A stretch of 64,000 bases of DNA, from assembly GCA_025786725.1 (NCBI GenBank), contig JAHLTZ010000025.1, forward strand, positions 186,001 through 250,000, read 5' to 3'. This DNA comes from Syncephalis fuscata S228. Taxonomy: Eukaryota > Fungi > Zoopagomycota. Positions 1 through 13,660 of the stretch are shown here, in pieces (the first letter of the stretch is position 1; the number at the start of each line of letters is the position of its first letter). The translations under genes and the position numbers were made by a program. The notes below the pieces were generated by a model, which was not told where the DNA came from, did no database searches, and saw only the letters and a program-made list of their open reading frames with translations.

Positions 1-997
1 CAATTGGCTGTTAGCTCAATATGATTTAAATATATATTCAGCAAAAAGCAAGACAGCTCGACAATTATGCCGTTTAGTTCATTCAAGTTTCAAGTTATAA
101 CCAGCAATCCGGTTTATTTTCTCTTTAATTAATAATACCATCATATTATTACCTTCTATGATTGGTTATTTCTATCCAACTATACAGACATGTAGTAATG
201 AAATATGATTCTATTTAATTATGTACAATCAAACTATTATGAGCATGTTCATATTCTACCTGCATTTGAAATCAGCAAATAGCAATCAAGTAAACACGCT
301 AACAGTGTATTTATACAAATATGCTGTATTAGTGTCCAAAGTAGATTGATATTGCTTATAATATTATTAACCATGTTTATTACAATATAATAGTTTTATT
401 AAAAATCAATGAATGCATTAATTGTCTCTATCTAATATTACTTCTACATAGTGTTATATAATTTATTTAGTTTAGTATAGCTGAATTGTAGTAATTAACG
501 AACAATAAAAAATCTATTTTTTATTAAAACTACACTATTCAGTCAACACATTGTACTCTAAACGTTAGTTAAGTGGCGATAAGCAGCATAAATTAACATT
601 ATAAAGTAATGTAAAGACAACGTGGTGCTTGTTCATCCAAGCTGTAATCTCGAAAACCAGAATAGTGGCAGCATAATGCTAATACACACGTATTATCACA
701 AAAATAAAAGGTTTTTGTAATAATGTTTATGAATTAATAATAAACTCGCAAATCACATTACGTTGTACGGAATAATTAAATCATTAATGGTTTTGATAAA
801 ATAGCAATACATTTGTAAACAGACTAATAAACTATTATACAATTGGTGTTAATAATGGAACATGACATTGTTATTGGTATGTTTAACACTACTTTATAAT
901 ATTTGGATATAAAGATCACATAAAAATACGCATGTTTGTAGACATACTAGTTTACTATTAATCATATCGACTATCGGCGACTGATCGTAGTGCATTT

Positions 998-1848
998 TTA
1001 AGTTGCTGTAACAGCGTTTCTATCCAACCAATAAATTATTATTATTTACAAAAAACTAGTATACTTACTTGCATGTTCTACCGCAGCTTTATAGGCTTCA
1101 TCTGCCTGTTGATTATCTCGTTCAAGTTGCTGAAATACTGCTGCCTAGATCAATACAGCCAATTAACATTATAGTAAGCTTATTCAAAACATTTATTGAT
1201 ATTTACTTCTTCTTTTTCTGATAGCTCATGAGTTGGTAATGCATCAATAAGCGTGTCTACCTGTTGGCATCGTTTCGCAATGTCTGACGCCAATTCTCGG
1301 CTTTCCTCTGTGTATTGCTATAATAAATGGCATTTATAATACAGATCTGCTACTTACGTTCAAGTTTATCCAAAGAAAGTGCTCTTTCTAATTAAATAGT
1401 AATTAGTTTGCCCATATATCCAATTCCTTACTCACCATGCGAGCGCGCCGCAGCCACTGTGTCGTCGTGAGCTACCATAGGAGCCCGCGTGCTAAGATAA
1501 TCCAAGCTACTGACGAATTGAACAGTCAACTAAACGAGTATTAAACGTTGGGCCAACAATAAAACCTTAACTTACCTGGTCGACGGCATCCTGCAGTTGG
1601 CTCACGCGATCCATGGAGCCCTGCTCCGTCTCCAGACCTTGCAGGTCGGTGGCAATTGCGGCACTGTGCGGCGCCTCACTAGCGCCAATATTACGAGACC
1701 CCGAAGACACGACCACCGAAGCCTGACTTTGCGGTGACGTGACAGCAATGATAGAGGTAGAAGCAGCGCCTACTGTTGCTGAAGCAAAAGGTGCTGATGA
1801 AGAGCTGGTCGACAAGCGCGTAGGATCAAGGCTAACCGGCGGCTGCAT
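998..1848 (-). CDS. MED21: Mediator complex subunit Med21 (Srb7), ~6 exons
   Basis: MDRVSQLQDAVDQ|LTVQFVSSLDYLSTRAP N-terminal motif, then ELASDIAKRCQQVDTLIDALP in later exons. GT-AG introns, with donors near 1575, 1435, 1357, 1206 and 1068. The canonical Met is at 1614; an upstream in-frame Met is at 1848. Confidence 0.88.
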
Positions 1849-2072
1849 TCACAATACAGGCCAGAGAAGAGAAGCCAAAGGGTGATGATTTTTTGTAAGT
1901 GATCAATATTGAAACAAGTAGCTTTTTTAAAATAAAACACACACACACACATTACAATCGATCGTTTCCAGTAGAATTACCACTTTTGACTTCTCTTCTA
2001 CTAGCTTATCTACTAAAAGTAAACAAAAAGTTATTGTCACTTGTGAATTCTTTTTATATATTACTTTGAATC

Positions 2073-2104
<32 letters not shown>

Positions 2105-2153
2105 TGCTATTATTACTATTATTACAACAATTCATTAACTTTAGGCTTTGTCA

Positions 2154-3720
2154 ATGTCAGATTCGGATAGCTCGTCGTCTGAATCGGTTCAACGACCACG
2201 GCCGAGTATTAAACCACAAAGGCTATCGGCAATAAGTCGACCACCAGCCAGTCAGCAATCCAGTCTAGAGGAATCGGCGCCTTCAACTGGCAATCAAAGC
2301 ACGCAGGTAGATTCGTTTTTTCGTCGTGCCAATACACATTATGTAGCCAATAATGGTATGTAAACTATGAGTACGTAATAGCAATTCTAACAATTAGTAG
2401 TGGCGATATTGTCGTCGGATGGAAGTGACAGTGATGATGCCGCTAATACAGATTCAAAAATAGCTAAAACGGTTAATAGTGCGCATAAAGTACACGATTT
2501 AAACGAGTCTAGTGATGAAATGTCCAATAAGGCCCGATCAGCAAAGTATGTTTATTTATTAAAATTGCTGTTAGTATGTTTATTTAAAATAGATTGAATT
2601 GCAGGCAAATTGATATATCGGATGATGATGATGATGACAATGAACGGGAACGTTCTCTTACTCCCCCACCTGAATTTACAAGGACCCCTTTCAGTGTGAT
2701 TAAGTACAAGTCACCAGCAGATGGTGAAGATTTGTATGATTTGTAAGTCAATTGAAGATAATTGACGTGGGCTAATTAAGGCATAATAGCGCTGATACAA
2801 GTGATTTGATTGACGATGTAAATACAACAGCATTAATCGATTTGGACCCAGAACTACAAGCCATTGCTTTGGATGCACCGGAACAAATGAATATCGGTTC
2901 TACCCAAGATGATGCAATGGCCGTCGGTGCATCCAAGATTGATGTACTTGTCAAGACAATCCGACATCCACAACTTCCAATTACAGCACAAAATGCATTA
3001 CAGCTGGCTGAATTTGAACGACCTCTTCTTTTTAGCATGTACGATGTAAGAGCATTTTTAATATATGAAATTATATTATGATGTTAAACAAATGTTTATT
3101 TAGACAGAGCCCTTTGACACATTAATAGATGCCTATGGCAAGTGTAAACAATTACTCAAAAGCAATATAGTATTAGTATACAAAGATGTAAGGTTGTATT
3201 CGCGTGGCACTCCGCGTAGTCTAAACATGGCGAATAATGTTGAGATTGGTAAGTTGCTACAATTCTATGTCCATTTATTATTACTGAACTACGATCATAG
3301 AAGCATTTACCATGGACGCATTTCAATATGTGAGCGTGGAACGGGAATTATCAAGAAAACGAAAATTAGAAGAGTTAGTAACTGGAGACGAGTCCATATC
3401 AACTAGAAGTAACTCTAAAGAATTGGAAAATGACACAGCTGTATGGATTCATATTACAATTCGTGATAAAACAGGACACGATGAGAAAATACGTGTCCGA
3501 CCGGTAAGCTATTGCAGTTTAAAAGAGTTGATGACAATTAAACAGTTGCTATTAGACTACACTTGTAAGCTCCATCATTAGCCAGTATGCACGTATTAAA
3601 CAGCTATCCAACGAGACAAACATCCGATTGGAATTAGATGGGGAACGTCTTGATGCCAACCAACAAGTGGCCGATACAGAACTAGAAGACGATGATATGC
3701 TGACCGCCATTGTGATTTAA
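2154..3720 (+). CDS. ESC2: Rad60/Esc2/NIP45-like protein with two C-terminal SUMO-like domains, multi-exon
   Basis: Acidic/Ser-rich N-terminus with RSLTPPP. SLD1 ...IVLVYKDVRLYSRGTPRSLNM; SLD2 IHITIRDKTGHDEKIRVRP|TTLVSSIISQY...IRLELDGERLDANQQVADTELEDDDMLTAIVI*. Confidence 0.8.
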
Positions 3721-3906
3721 TAGACACTTTTGAGTGTATTATTTCTTTAGCATTATTTAGTGCATTAATAATACATAAATGAATTTTACTATCAACATTA
3801 TTGTTAATGTGTTTAATTTTGATGTTGTATTACCACTTGTCTAGACACATGCACTCAAAGAAAGAATAAAAACAAGCGAATACGACGGCTTTTACTATCG
3901 TTATTG

Positions 3907-4301
3907 TTATTGCTGCTGCTGCTGCTGTTGCTGTGCCATTAGCTTCTCGCCAACCTTTTTGTTGACGGCAAAGAACTTGCTTACACAACGATCGGCGCAT
4001 ACTGATTCACCTTTCGTCAACTCTTCGTCAACATATCGGTTTTTAATACACTTGGCGTGGCAAACATCTACAATGCTATATAGAAGTGTTAATTGCGTCA
4101 ATAACGATTAAACAAACAAACAAACAAACAAACAAACAAAACAGCAATGAATCAATAAACGACTACTTACCGATTAAATGTATCCGTAATCATATCAATC
4201 TCTTGTTCGGCCATTGCAATGTTGTTTGGGTTGATACTCTGGCTTTGGGCCAAGGCTGGACCACCCGCGCCAGCTCCACCACCAAACATATTGAAGCTCA
4301 T
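3907..4301 (-). CDS. TIM10: Mitochondrial small Tim chaperone Tim10, 2 exons
   Basis: IAMAEQEIDMITDTFNR|IVDVCHAKCI...ELTKGESVCADRCVSKFFAVNKKVGEK with twin CX3C motifs. The intron contains an (AAAC)n microsatellite. Confidence 0.93.
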
Positions 4302-4466
4302 ACTTGATGTTTTGTTTTGTGTTGTTAAAAGAATGAAAGGCTACACGATCGTCGCGAAAGAGCTGCAAAATACGATGCTATTGTGTACAAAGTGTATTTT
4401 CTTTTTTTCTTCTTTATTTTATCCATTCACTTGCTCACCGCGCCATTAAACTTAATAGTCGGTCCA

Positions 4467-5856
4467 ATGCCCAAAGCAAAAAAAACCAAGCTAAAGCAAG
4501 CTTTATCGAGCTTTCAACAGCGTCAAGCAAAGGTTGATAAGCAAAAGGCTGCTAAAGAATGGCAAGAAGTAAAGGCTAAAAACGTACCGGTAGGAGGACA
4601 GCGCAAAAGGGCACTAAAGCACAGCAAAGCAAAGCAGCCGCAGCGGCACAGCTACGCACGCAAGAACGGCTAGAAGCCAATCTTTACACGCCGGATGATA
4701 CAATTCTACTTGTAGGAGAAGGCAAGTATTAAAAAGATATTATATAATACAATAATAACAATATACAAATGTAATTGCTGATAGGCAATTTCAGCTTTGC
4801 TCGTGCATTGGCTGAACATCATTTAGCAGGTCAAGGTGGCCATTTAGTAGCAACTGCATACGATGAAGAGTCGGTTGCACGTGCCAAATACGAGAATGAA
4901 GTCGGTACCAACATAGATGCAATACGCGTTTGTGATGGCACCGTTTTGTTCGATGTAGATGGCACAGAGTTGACGAAATGTAAATTATTACACAATCGAA
5001 AGTTTACAAAAATTGTATTTAATTTTCCACATGCAGGTAAGTAAAAATAAATGAGTGAAAAATCAGTAAATTGGTCAGGTAATTAGCTATTTAGCAAATT
5101 AATTAACAAATTAAAACATCAATCAAATAATCAACTAAACTAGCTATTTGTTAGTTATTTGGTAATTATTTTGTTAACTAGTCAATTAGTTAACAGTTTG
5201 TTGATTAGCTGGTTTGCTATTAATTAGTTAATTATTTTGTTAATCAATTAGGTAATTTGTTGATTAATTGATAAATTATTGAGTAATAATAACAGTATAC
5301 TTATAATGATTATATAATAAAAAATTTAATCGTAAAATAAAGTTCTAACAACCATTATCACATATCATATTAATCGGGTATAGGCGCGGGAATTAAAGAC
5401 CAAGATCGTAATATTCGCGTCAATCAAGAATTATTACTTGGATTCTTTGCATCGTCGGTAGAGTATTTGGCAACAAAGGAAAATGGCCACGGAGTTGATG
5501 GTGAAATCCATATCACGCTTAAATCAGGCGAACCTTATGATAGTTGGCAGGTACGCAAACTAGCACGCGCCCACAGATTAGTATGTATTCGTACGATGTC
5601 ATTTCGACCCGAATGCTATCCAGGCTATACACATCGTCGAACACTTGGATTTAAAAAAGGACTATCGGCATCCGACAATGAAGAAATTACAAGTAAAAAC
5701 CCGCGACTGTTGATATTTACACTTCAAAGCTCTGATCATCCAAACAAAAACAGTGCCTCAAAAGGAGCCAAGAATCGACGATCAGAACCAAGACAGGTGC
5801 AACATCACAACAATAACGATTACGACAACGACGACGACAGTGATAAGGATTATTAA
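4467..5856 (+). CDS. BMT5: 25S rRNA (uridine-N3)-methyltransferase (DUF2431), 3 exons, one apparent frameshift at ~4580
   Basis: ILLVGEG|NFSFARAL, LFDVDGTEL, IVFNFPHAG|AGIKDQDRNIRVNQELLLGFF, GEIHITLKSGEPYDSWQVRKLA and YPGYTHRRTLG motifs. GC-AG intron 4722-4784; GT-AG intron 5037-5383. Confidence 0.9.
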
Positions 5857-6827
5857 ACATATAGCATGATATATATCAATATAGACTAAATAGTAATGTG
5901 TGGTTGGTTGTAAATATAATAGCCGGTTTACTCTCTTTTTACAATTGCTTAAGGGGATAAAAATGTGTTAAATGATGGTTAAGTAATAGATTGAAAATTC
6001 AAAAAATAATAACGCAAATGCAGAGAGTAAACGGGTGAGTGTGAGAGAGAGTGAGGAGGTAAATAGTGGAGTGGTAAATAATAATATTCTCCGGACCAGC
6101 CAGCGACCAAGACGGTATACTATGCACGCATGTACCCGTGCATATGCCTTAGTCGGTTACGGCTCAAGCTTGCGCGACGAAAGACGCTTTTCTTTTGTAG
6201 AATAGATGTAGTCGAGACAAGTTGCGGCAATAGATGTGCTACTGTTGTCGCCACGCCATTGTTGTCGCTTTTAAATGCTGGCCAATGTATATATGCATGG
6301 TATATACGCGCGTTTTTGGCTTTTTGGAACAGAATTGGTCCAGGAGAAATTGGAAAGGCAATACACGCTGGATGATGCATATATACCTCGTCTAGGAGTA
6401 AGCAAATGCTTTATGCAGCACACACGCGCGCGTGTACATATGTGTAGCATTAAAACATTCACCCGCCACTTGCAAATGGCTATATGGATGTGGTAAAAAC
6501 GAATGTATGCAGCAATGATAAACGAGGAAGGAATATTGCAAACATAGTACGGTAAAGCCGAGTAGAAAAAAAGGAAGAGTAACAATACACAGGGGAAGCC
6601 ATCGCACACACACACACACACACGACCGACAAACTGCATCACATCAATATGCACAAGATATATAATGGCATATAATGCTACACCGAGTGACACATGCGTT
6701 TGTGTTCAGTGCAACTGTGTCGCGACTAGCCATGGCCCATACACAAACAAACACAACACATGCTAGCAATAGCAGTAGTAGTAAAAGTCAAACGCAACCT
6801 TCTGCAGACTCTGAATCTACTACCTTT

Positions 6828-7958
6828 TTAGTGAAGAGGTGGTGTTTGGATTTGCTGTGGCTCAACGGTGCAGTGAGGCGATGAAAGGCTATGGTTAATG
6901 CCAACAATGCCGCCGTTGTGTTGGTCGATGCAGCCGGCCATCATAAGCTCATTCATGTTAAAAACATCTTCGCTTGGGCTGGGAAGAAAGATTTGCTGAT
7001 GAGGCAGTGGCGAGGCAGCATGAACGGCAGCGGCCATGGCAGCAGCCGTTGTGGCGATAGAGAGCGGTGTGTTGTACATATCCATGACTGGATGGACACT
7101 GGGTGCTGAGAAGCCAAGTGGCGAAACAAAGCTTGACACAACAGGGGACATGGTACCGTTAATATCGGCGTGCATATAGTCCAAAAAGCCGGGTATTTGT
7201 CCAGCGGCAGCAGCGGCAGCGGCACTGGTTGGATCCATGGCACGTGGCGAGTTCTGTGCTGATGATGGGAATATACCAGTGGTCGGTGTAGCTGGACCAT
7301 GCGACTGTGGTGAAACAAGCGATGACAATGAACGACCGGTCGTGTCATCAATGTCATCGTTATCTTCGTCATCGTCGTCGTGGCTCATGTATGCGTGTTT
7401 AGCAGCACCATTAGAGTCGTGGGATGCAGTACGGGCAATGTCGACGCTGTCAAAGTTTTCTTCTGGCTCGGGTGACGCAGTACGAGGGCGCTCTGGCAAT
7501 GGGCTAAGACCAAGAGCACGTCGAAGACGATCGACTTCTTCACGTAGCGATACGTTCTCGTTTTTAACCGATCGCAAGTGACGCTCACGTGCATCGGTGC
7601 GTTGCTTGCTCGAATAGATGTACTCTAGACTCTTTTGCACAATAACCGACTTGGATGGACGGCGGACTTGGGAAAGAGAAGGGATAGAATGCGCTAGTTC
7701 TTGGAACTTGGAATTAAGGCATTCACGACGCGCACGCTCAATAGCGTTATGATTGGCGCGCTTCTGTGCATTGGTGGCGTTGCGCTTCGCCATGGAGCTG
7801 TCAGCAACGACGAGGCGTTGTTGCGTAACGGCATGTGCAGCAACGTGAGCTGCTGCAACTGAATTAATTGGCATGGATGATTGGCCTAGTGTCATTGGCA
7901 TACCGTGAGTGCGTGGGAATTGGATGATAGAGCCACCGTTGATTGGAGAAAGAGACAT
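6828..7958 (-). CDS. bHLH-leucine zipper transcription factor (Max/Mlx-like)
   Basis: RANHNAIERARRECLNSKFQELAHSIPSL...PSKSVIVQKSLEYI followed by the heptad LRSVKNENVSLREEVDRL. 376-aa uninterrupted ORF. Confidence 0.9.
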   Translation of the reverse strand: MSLSPINGGSIIQFPRTHGMPMTLGQSSMPINSVAAAHVAAHAVTQQRLVVADSSMAKRNATNAQKRANHNAIERARRECLNSKFQELAHSIPSLSQVRRPSKSVIVQKSLEYIYSSKQRTDARERHLRSVKNENVSLREEVDRLRRALGLSPLPERPRTASPEPEENFDSVDIARTASHDSNGAAKHAYMSHDDDDEDNDDIDDTTGRSLSSLVSPQSHGPATPTTGIFPSSAQNSPRAMDPTSAAAAAAAGQIPGFLDYMHADINGTMSPVVSSFVSPLGFSAPSVHPVMDMYNTPLSIATTAAAMAAAVHAASPLPHQQIFLPSPSEDVFNMNELMMAGCIDQHNGGIVGINHSLSSPHCTVEPQQIQTPPLH

Positions 7959-10900
7959 GGTAGTTGTAGATGGTGTGTAGTAGTAGTAGTAGTGGTGGTG
8001 GTGTAATAGTGCGTATGTGTTGAGAAGGTGTTTTTAAAGAAACGGAGTTCTCTAAATAAACATAAAAGGTTAGTATGAAACATTTTAAATATCGATGTAG
8101 TAATAATGATAGTATAACAATGATAATAAAATAATTACATCATCGTTATACCATCATTACACTGTACTTACCAATGATAATAATGCAACTTGTGTGGGTA
8201 ATGAAATCAAGTGTTTGGAGCGCTTAATGTATAGAGCGTAAAACAACGATACAAAGTCTGATGATTAAAAAAGAATCACAAACAAAGTGTAGTAATAGAG
8301 TGTGATGGTAATGAATAAGGACGAGCTTGTGTGTGTGTATATAGACGAAACAACAATATTATACCAACAAAGTAAAGGCGTTGCAGATACTTGACAATAT
8401 TAGGTCAGGTATGGTTGATAGGCGTAAGTCGATTAAAAGTCGTGCGCGCTTTTGCAAGCAAATAAAATTAGCGTAAAGTAGCAACGACAGCTATCGGTGT
8501 TTATAGCCAAACAACGCCGATATTAATAAAAAAACAGGAGTATAGACAAGCTGCTTTAACAGAATGTTTGCTGACGAGTTATTTAAACACTTGTACGGTC
8601 TCGAACACAAAAGAGAAGCGTCAGGTTTGCCAAGCGGAAATGAAACGTGGACTGGCAAAAGTGAAAAGATTACAAGCGCCAAGCAATATTACTGCGTGTG
8701 CGTTCTACTATGAAATTATTACTAGACAATAGTTGGCCAATAGGCGCGACAATAAGCGACAATAGGAAATAACGTAGATAATAAAGAACGTAGAAGAGGT
8801 AGCGCAACGAAATAGAGTGTATAAAGAACGGATATTTAACTGGCGGCAGCGTATATAAATGCACACCAAGGAAGGGAAGCGAAGGGACTGTATATATTAC
8901 TGGAGCCAATTAAACTAAAAGATGACTAAATAAAAGTAGCAGTAACAACAACAACGAGTGGCGCGCGGTTGTGGCTGCAACAGTCGGAGATGTAAGTAAA
9001 AGGAATGTGTGAACACTAGGCAATAGAGTGGTATATCGGCACTGGTGGGCAGGTCGAGGCGGTTATATATTAATCTTCTTTAAGGATACAACTGGTTCAA
9101 TTGGCCACAGCAGTGTTGTTTAGAATTGTAGGAAGGAGAGAAAATAGGGACACTACAAGAATACGAGGCGTGTGAGTGTGAGGGAGGTAGAATGAAATGA
9201 CAATAGACAAAGAGAAGAGAGAAACGAGTTCACGTTAGATCAGAGTCGGCGATAGCACCCAAGGATGTATAGGAAATGGGGTAATGGGGTGTCAGCTAGA
9301 GGCGAACCTGTATGTGCACGCGGGCCAATGTCAAACTGGAATGGCAGCGGCCGATTCACTGTCGGGCGATAGTATGGCCGTAGTAACTATTAAGACTGCG
9401 CTGCTGCTGCTGCTACTGTAATGGCAACTTTGCTCGAGTACTGTAGCGGATACTGTCACAGTAGATCGATGAATTGCTGCGTATCAGTTTAGCCCTTGAA
9501 CCGGTTGCGAAACAAGCCCAGCCAATAGACAGAACACAGAACGGCAAAAGAAAAAACAAGCAAACGATAGCAGTACAATGGGCAAAGGTGACGTTGATAT
9601 ACGAGCAGATCGGGAATAATCTAATGTTAGCAGTGTGTATGGAATAGAACGTAGAAAGTAAAAGTGTCGTTGGTGGTTTAAAGTATCAGTAATTTCTATT
9701 TCGTGGGGGGCAGAATCGGTAGAGCTAGCGGGATAGAGCCGATGTAGTGGGGACAATTGAACGTATTTTAAAGTGACGCGAACGAAATCTCCGCAGAATA
9801 TCGTGGCCAAAAAGGAAACGCCGACATTAAGCAGCTACTATTTTCTATCGACAATTACTACGCTCTACTGCTGATCCAAGGCGACACACAAACAGCCATA
9901 GAAGATTTTCAAAATGGCACTAAGGCTTAATTGGCATTGCTCGATGTGGCGGCCAATAAAACGACTTATTTCTCAGAAAGAAGGGCATTGGCACGCAACC
10001 AAACAACAACAAGAAAGTAAGAGAAAAAGGGGATTAATTAAAAAATAACGGTCTAGTAGGCGAGCAGGCATGGTTCAGCCGTTCTATTGCTTTCTTGCTC
10101 TTAGGGGCAATGGCTATGGTAATTGGAAGGCCACACATACATAATGACTGGATGAGAAATGATACAAATCTGTACAGTAAGGCGCGTCTTTGTGTAACAT
10201 CTATCTTTAGAGAGATTCTTGTTTTTGCGCTCTAAAGAGGGTGCTAAAAGAGAATGCGCCACCGCCAAATGCGTAATTCGTTTTTTGAATAAACCGGCTT
10301 TTGCACATTCTTTTGGTAACGTCTAAGGATTTTTTATTGTTCAATGGGCCTTGACACGCAAAGGCAAAGGGGCTACAAGAGCGGGACAAACATGGCACTA
10401 AGAAAGGACTCTGATCTACAACGGAGTTGCTTGTTGTTTCACCGTGAGCTAGGCAATGTTATTGATAACAACAACAGCAGCAACAATGATATAGCAACCA
10501 TTCTATGGATGACAAAGTAAGCGACCCGCGAAGAAAGGGGTATTGCCACGCAAACCGCAGCCCGGCTCTTTTTCTTCCTACAAACATTCAGTGTTACCCT
10601 ATCATTTCTACATTTGGCAAAAACAGCACGAAAGTATGGCCATCTACGCACATCGTATTAACTGCGCTGATCAACGGGATTTGTTGACCATAGACGCGTG
10701 CATGCAGGCGCATCACAATTGACGGCGCCCTGTGCGTATTTGTTACGGCGTATAGTTTTGAACAGGATAGTTTGCGTTTTACAACATCAGCGATAGAAGT
10801 AATAGTCCTGTTATTGCCATTGCTATTAACAATGCAGTCATTGTGGCCATTGAGGCCACGTTTTACCAATGCGGAAGAGCCAGACGCCATTTCAAAGAGC

Positions 10901-13384
10901 AAATTAACAAGCACTTTATTTCGACTGCCTTTTACAGCAACTTGTACCTGTCCGGTTTGTTCTCTGATTAAAAATGGCCGGTTCGTGAAAGTTCGTTATC
11001 AGTACTATTATTCGTCATCTATTGATAGTCGGCACACAAAATCACCCGGCCAGGCTTCTTTTGTCAATACCAAAAGAGAAACTCGAATGCAAAGAAATTA
11101 GCTAGATTGGCATGCTACGAAGAACTTGTGCCTAAATGGAGTGTTACACAAGACTAACGTTCAAGGCGGGCCATTTGTCAGGTGAGCTACAGTTGCACGG
11201 CTTCTGAATGGTGGTTCGTCGTGCTGTGCTACTCGTCAATAGCAGTGAAAGCCATGTTACTTTGCCAGGAATAGAGAATGGCTGCCATGCTAGTAATGAA
11301 CGGCGAATGTAATTGGTATTTGATTTTTATGAATAGAACTATAAAACAAAAAGTAGTTTATTTAGTTGAATTGGCACAATAAATGAGTAATCATTGCTAC
11401 GGTGGTAGTAATGCAGAGTAGCAGCGGACATAAACGTAGCATGGCATGGCATGGCACATGGATACAGCAATGGTAACAAGGCTCGGATATGAACGTAAGG
11501 GTAGTAAAAGTTGCCCCGAAATACCTTTAGAACTCGACAATTATGGTAATTACCCAGACAAACAAATAATGCTCGATTTGGATATGATTTACAGTGACTA
11601 TTCAAAGATAGAAAGCACCAAATAGCCATTTTATACTCCGCTTTAACAAGATGAACTAGGTTGTACTATTAATGTCACTCTTGTTTATCAAACCAGCGTG
11701 AATGGCGTATTTGTGCAGAAATAGTATTTTTTATCCAGATAACATGCTATACCATGGTCGCGTGGCATATTAGCGCGTGGATAGGAAGGTAATAGATGTT
11801 TGGCAAAAATAAAAAGTTCTACTGTTAACATTTACTAATCCATGGTTATTATTAGCTACTGCTGCTGCTGCTGTAACAGTAAAAGATGTTGCAATAGGAA
11901 AATAAATTACTATACTAGACATTTTGAGGCACTGTCACTCGAATATACATGCATTGTAAAAGTCGGAAATTTTCTCTTACAGCTGCATGATTCTATTCGC
12001 CAGCCAATGCAGATGAGACACCGCGTGGGTTCCACCGCAGGTGTCCATTCTTTTGTGCACATGTCTTTGATGAAATCTATGTTTAGGCCAGCTTATTAGG
12101 GCAATAGGTCACCGAATTTAATGATAATGATAGTAGTAGCAATTGATTGGATCTTTCTACAGCGTTTGAAATTTCCTCTTGATATCAGGTGTTGTAATTT
12201 ATTGCGCACGGGCTGTGAGCAGGTTGGTTTGTTGTTAGTTATTTTTGTAGTCGTGATAACTAGTAATAAATATATAGTTTAGACCTTTAATATGCTTATG
12301 CAGCTCTTATTTTCATACCATTGGCGCTAATCGTCGGCATACTAACCGAGTAAAAAGAATTCAAAATTTAATGTGCGTAATAATTTCTCATGAATAGTTG
12401 CACAACAGCTATAATTGAAAGATAAATCAATTAGACTAATCAAAAAATAAAAGCGCTGTTTTTTTATTGCTGTGCATCATCATAAGGACTAGTGTGAATT
12501 AATAACATTGCAGTTTTTGTCTGTATATCTAGCAAAACCCACCCACATGCATATAAATTACCACGTAAGTATCCGTACTTATTTTCATTGCAGTTAGTAC
12601 GCATGGTCTTGCATGCATATGCTATTATGGAAACTACAAGTACACACAGTCCTAAATGTTTATAGAAAAACAGATTTAATAGTAAATTATTTATTTTGCA
12701 TATTATACTACTTAATAATTGTACAAGTCATTGCTTATTAGTTGCAATAACCAACTATACTTTGCGTTAATACTAGTCGCATGGGTGCTGAGGACAAAAT
12801 ACCGAAGTAACTGGAACGAACTTGTTGATATGCACGCACTTGTGCATGCGCATGACACTATTGCGCTGATGGATCCAAATCTAGTGCCATGGGGATTGCG
12901 CTGTCTACCCTCTTCGTCGGTAATAAACAGCATTATCATAAATAGAAACAGGGAGTGTTACTGGTTTATTGTTTCAGTTGTACTGCATATTTTATCACTA
13001 CATTAAACGAGAAAACTGCATCAGCAACAATACCAACACCAGTAATAGCAATGGCTGCAATAACAATAATAAAAATTAAAAAAAAGAACTCTGCGTCCAA
13101 GGTGTTATTTATAGATCCATTTGGTTCAATTAGCAACACTACTAATGCAAATACAATAACATCAATTTTAGCAATAGCAATAATAATAGTAGAGATGGCA
13201 GCAATAGTGCAATAAAGACATAGTCCTGATGCTACGCTTGTTTTTTTATTCAAATTCAACAAAAACATCCATTTCTTACTTTCTAATAAGTATATATGTA
13301 TTTAATAGTTGATTATTTATTGCTTATTGTTTTATTGTTTTGTTTGTATCAATTACCCGCACAGTATCTAAAGCTGTTACGGTA

Positions 13385-13660
13385 CATACTGATAAACATA
13401 TTCTATAATAGTAAATAGCTTTGGTGTCAAATGACCTTTATTATTAATGCATTATCGCTTCACTTGCTGTTCTATCATATACGGACATGTTGGATAGATT
13501 GACTTTTATTATCTACACTCCATTTATTAATGAATTAAACTCATCTGTTTATAAATATTGACTGTCAGGCTCCATATCTACAATCTACGTCATCACATTT
13601 CCTTTCTCTTTCTTCACCTTGATAGTATATATCCATTGCATATACTCATCACTTCACAAA
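13385..13660 (+). repeat. Dispersed non-coding repeat, inverted homologue of 31590-31890
   Basis: tactgataaacatattctataatagtaaatagctttggtgtcaaatgac and acatttcctttctctttcttcac-cttgatagtatatatccat match the reverse complements of ~31741-31780 and ~31640-31700. Confidence 0.75.

Noticed and set aside
4660-4680. Stop-codon readthrough at TAG 4671-4673 in BMT5 (and TAG 50011-50013 in the BTB gene)
   Set aside because: The conserved downstream sequence is in a different frame, so an upstream single-base indel rather than readthrough explains it.
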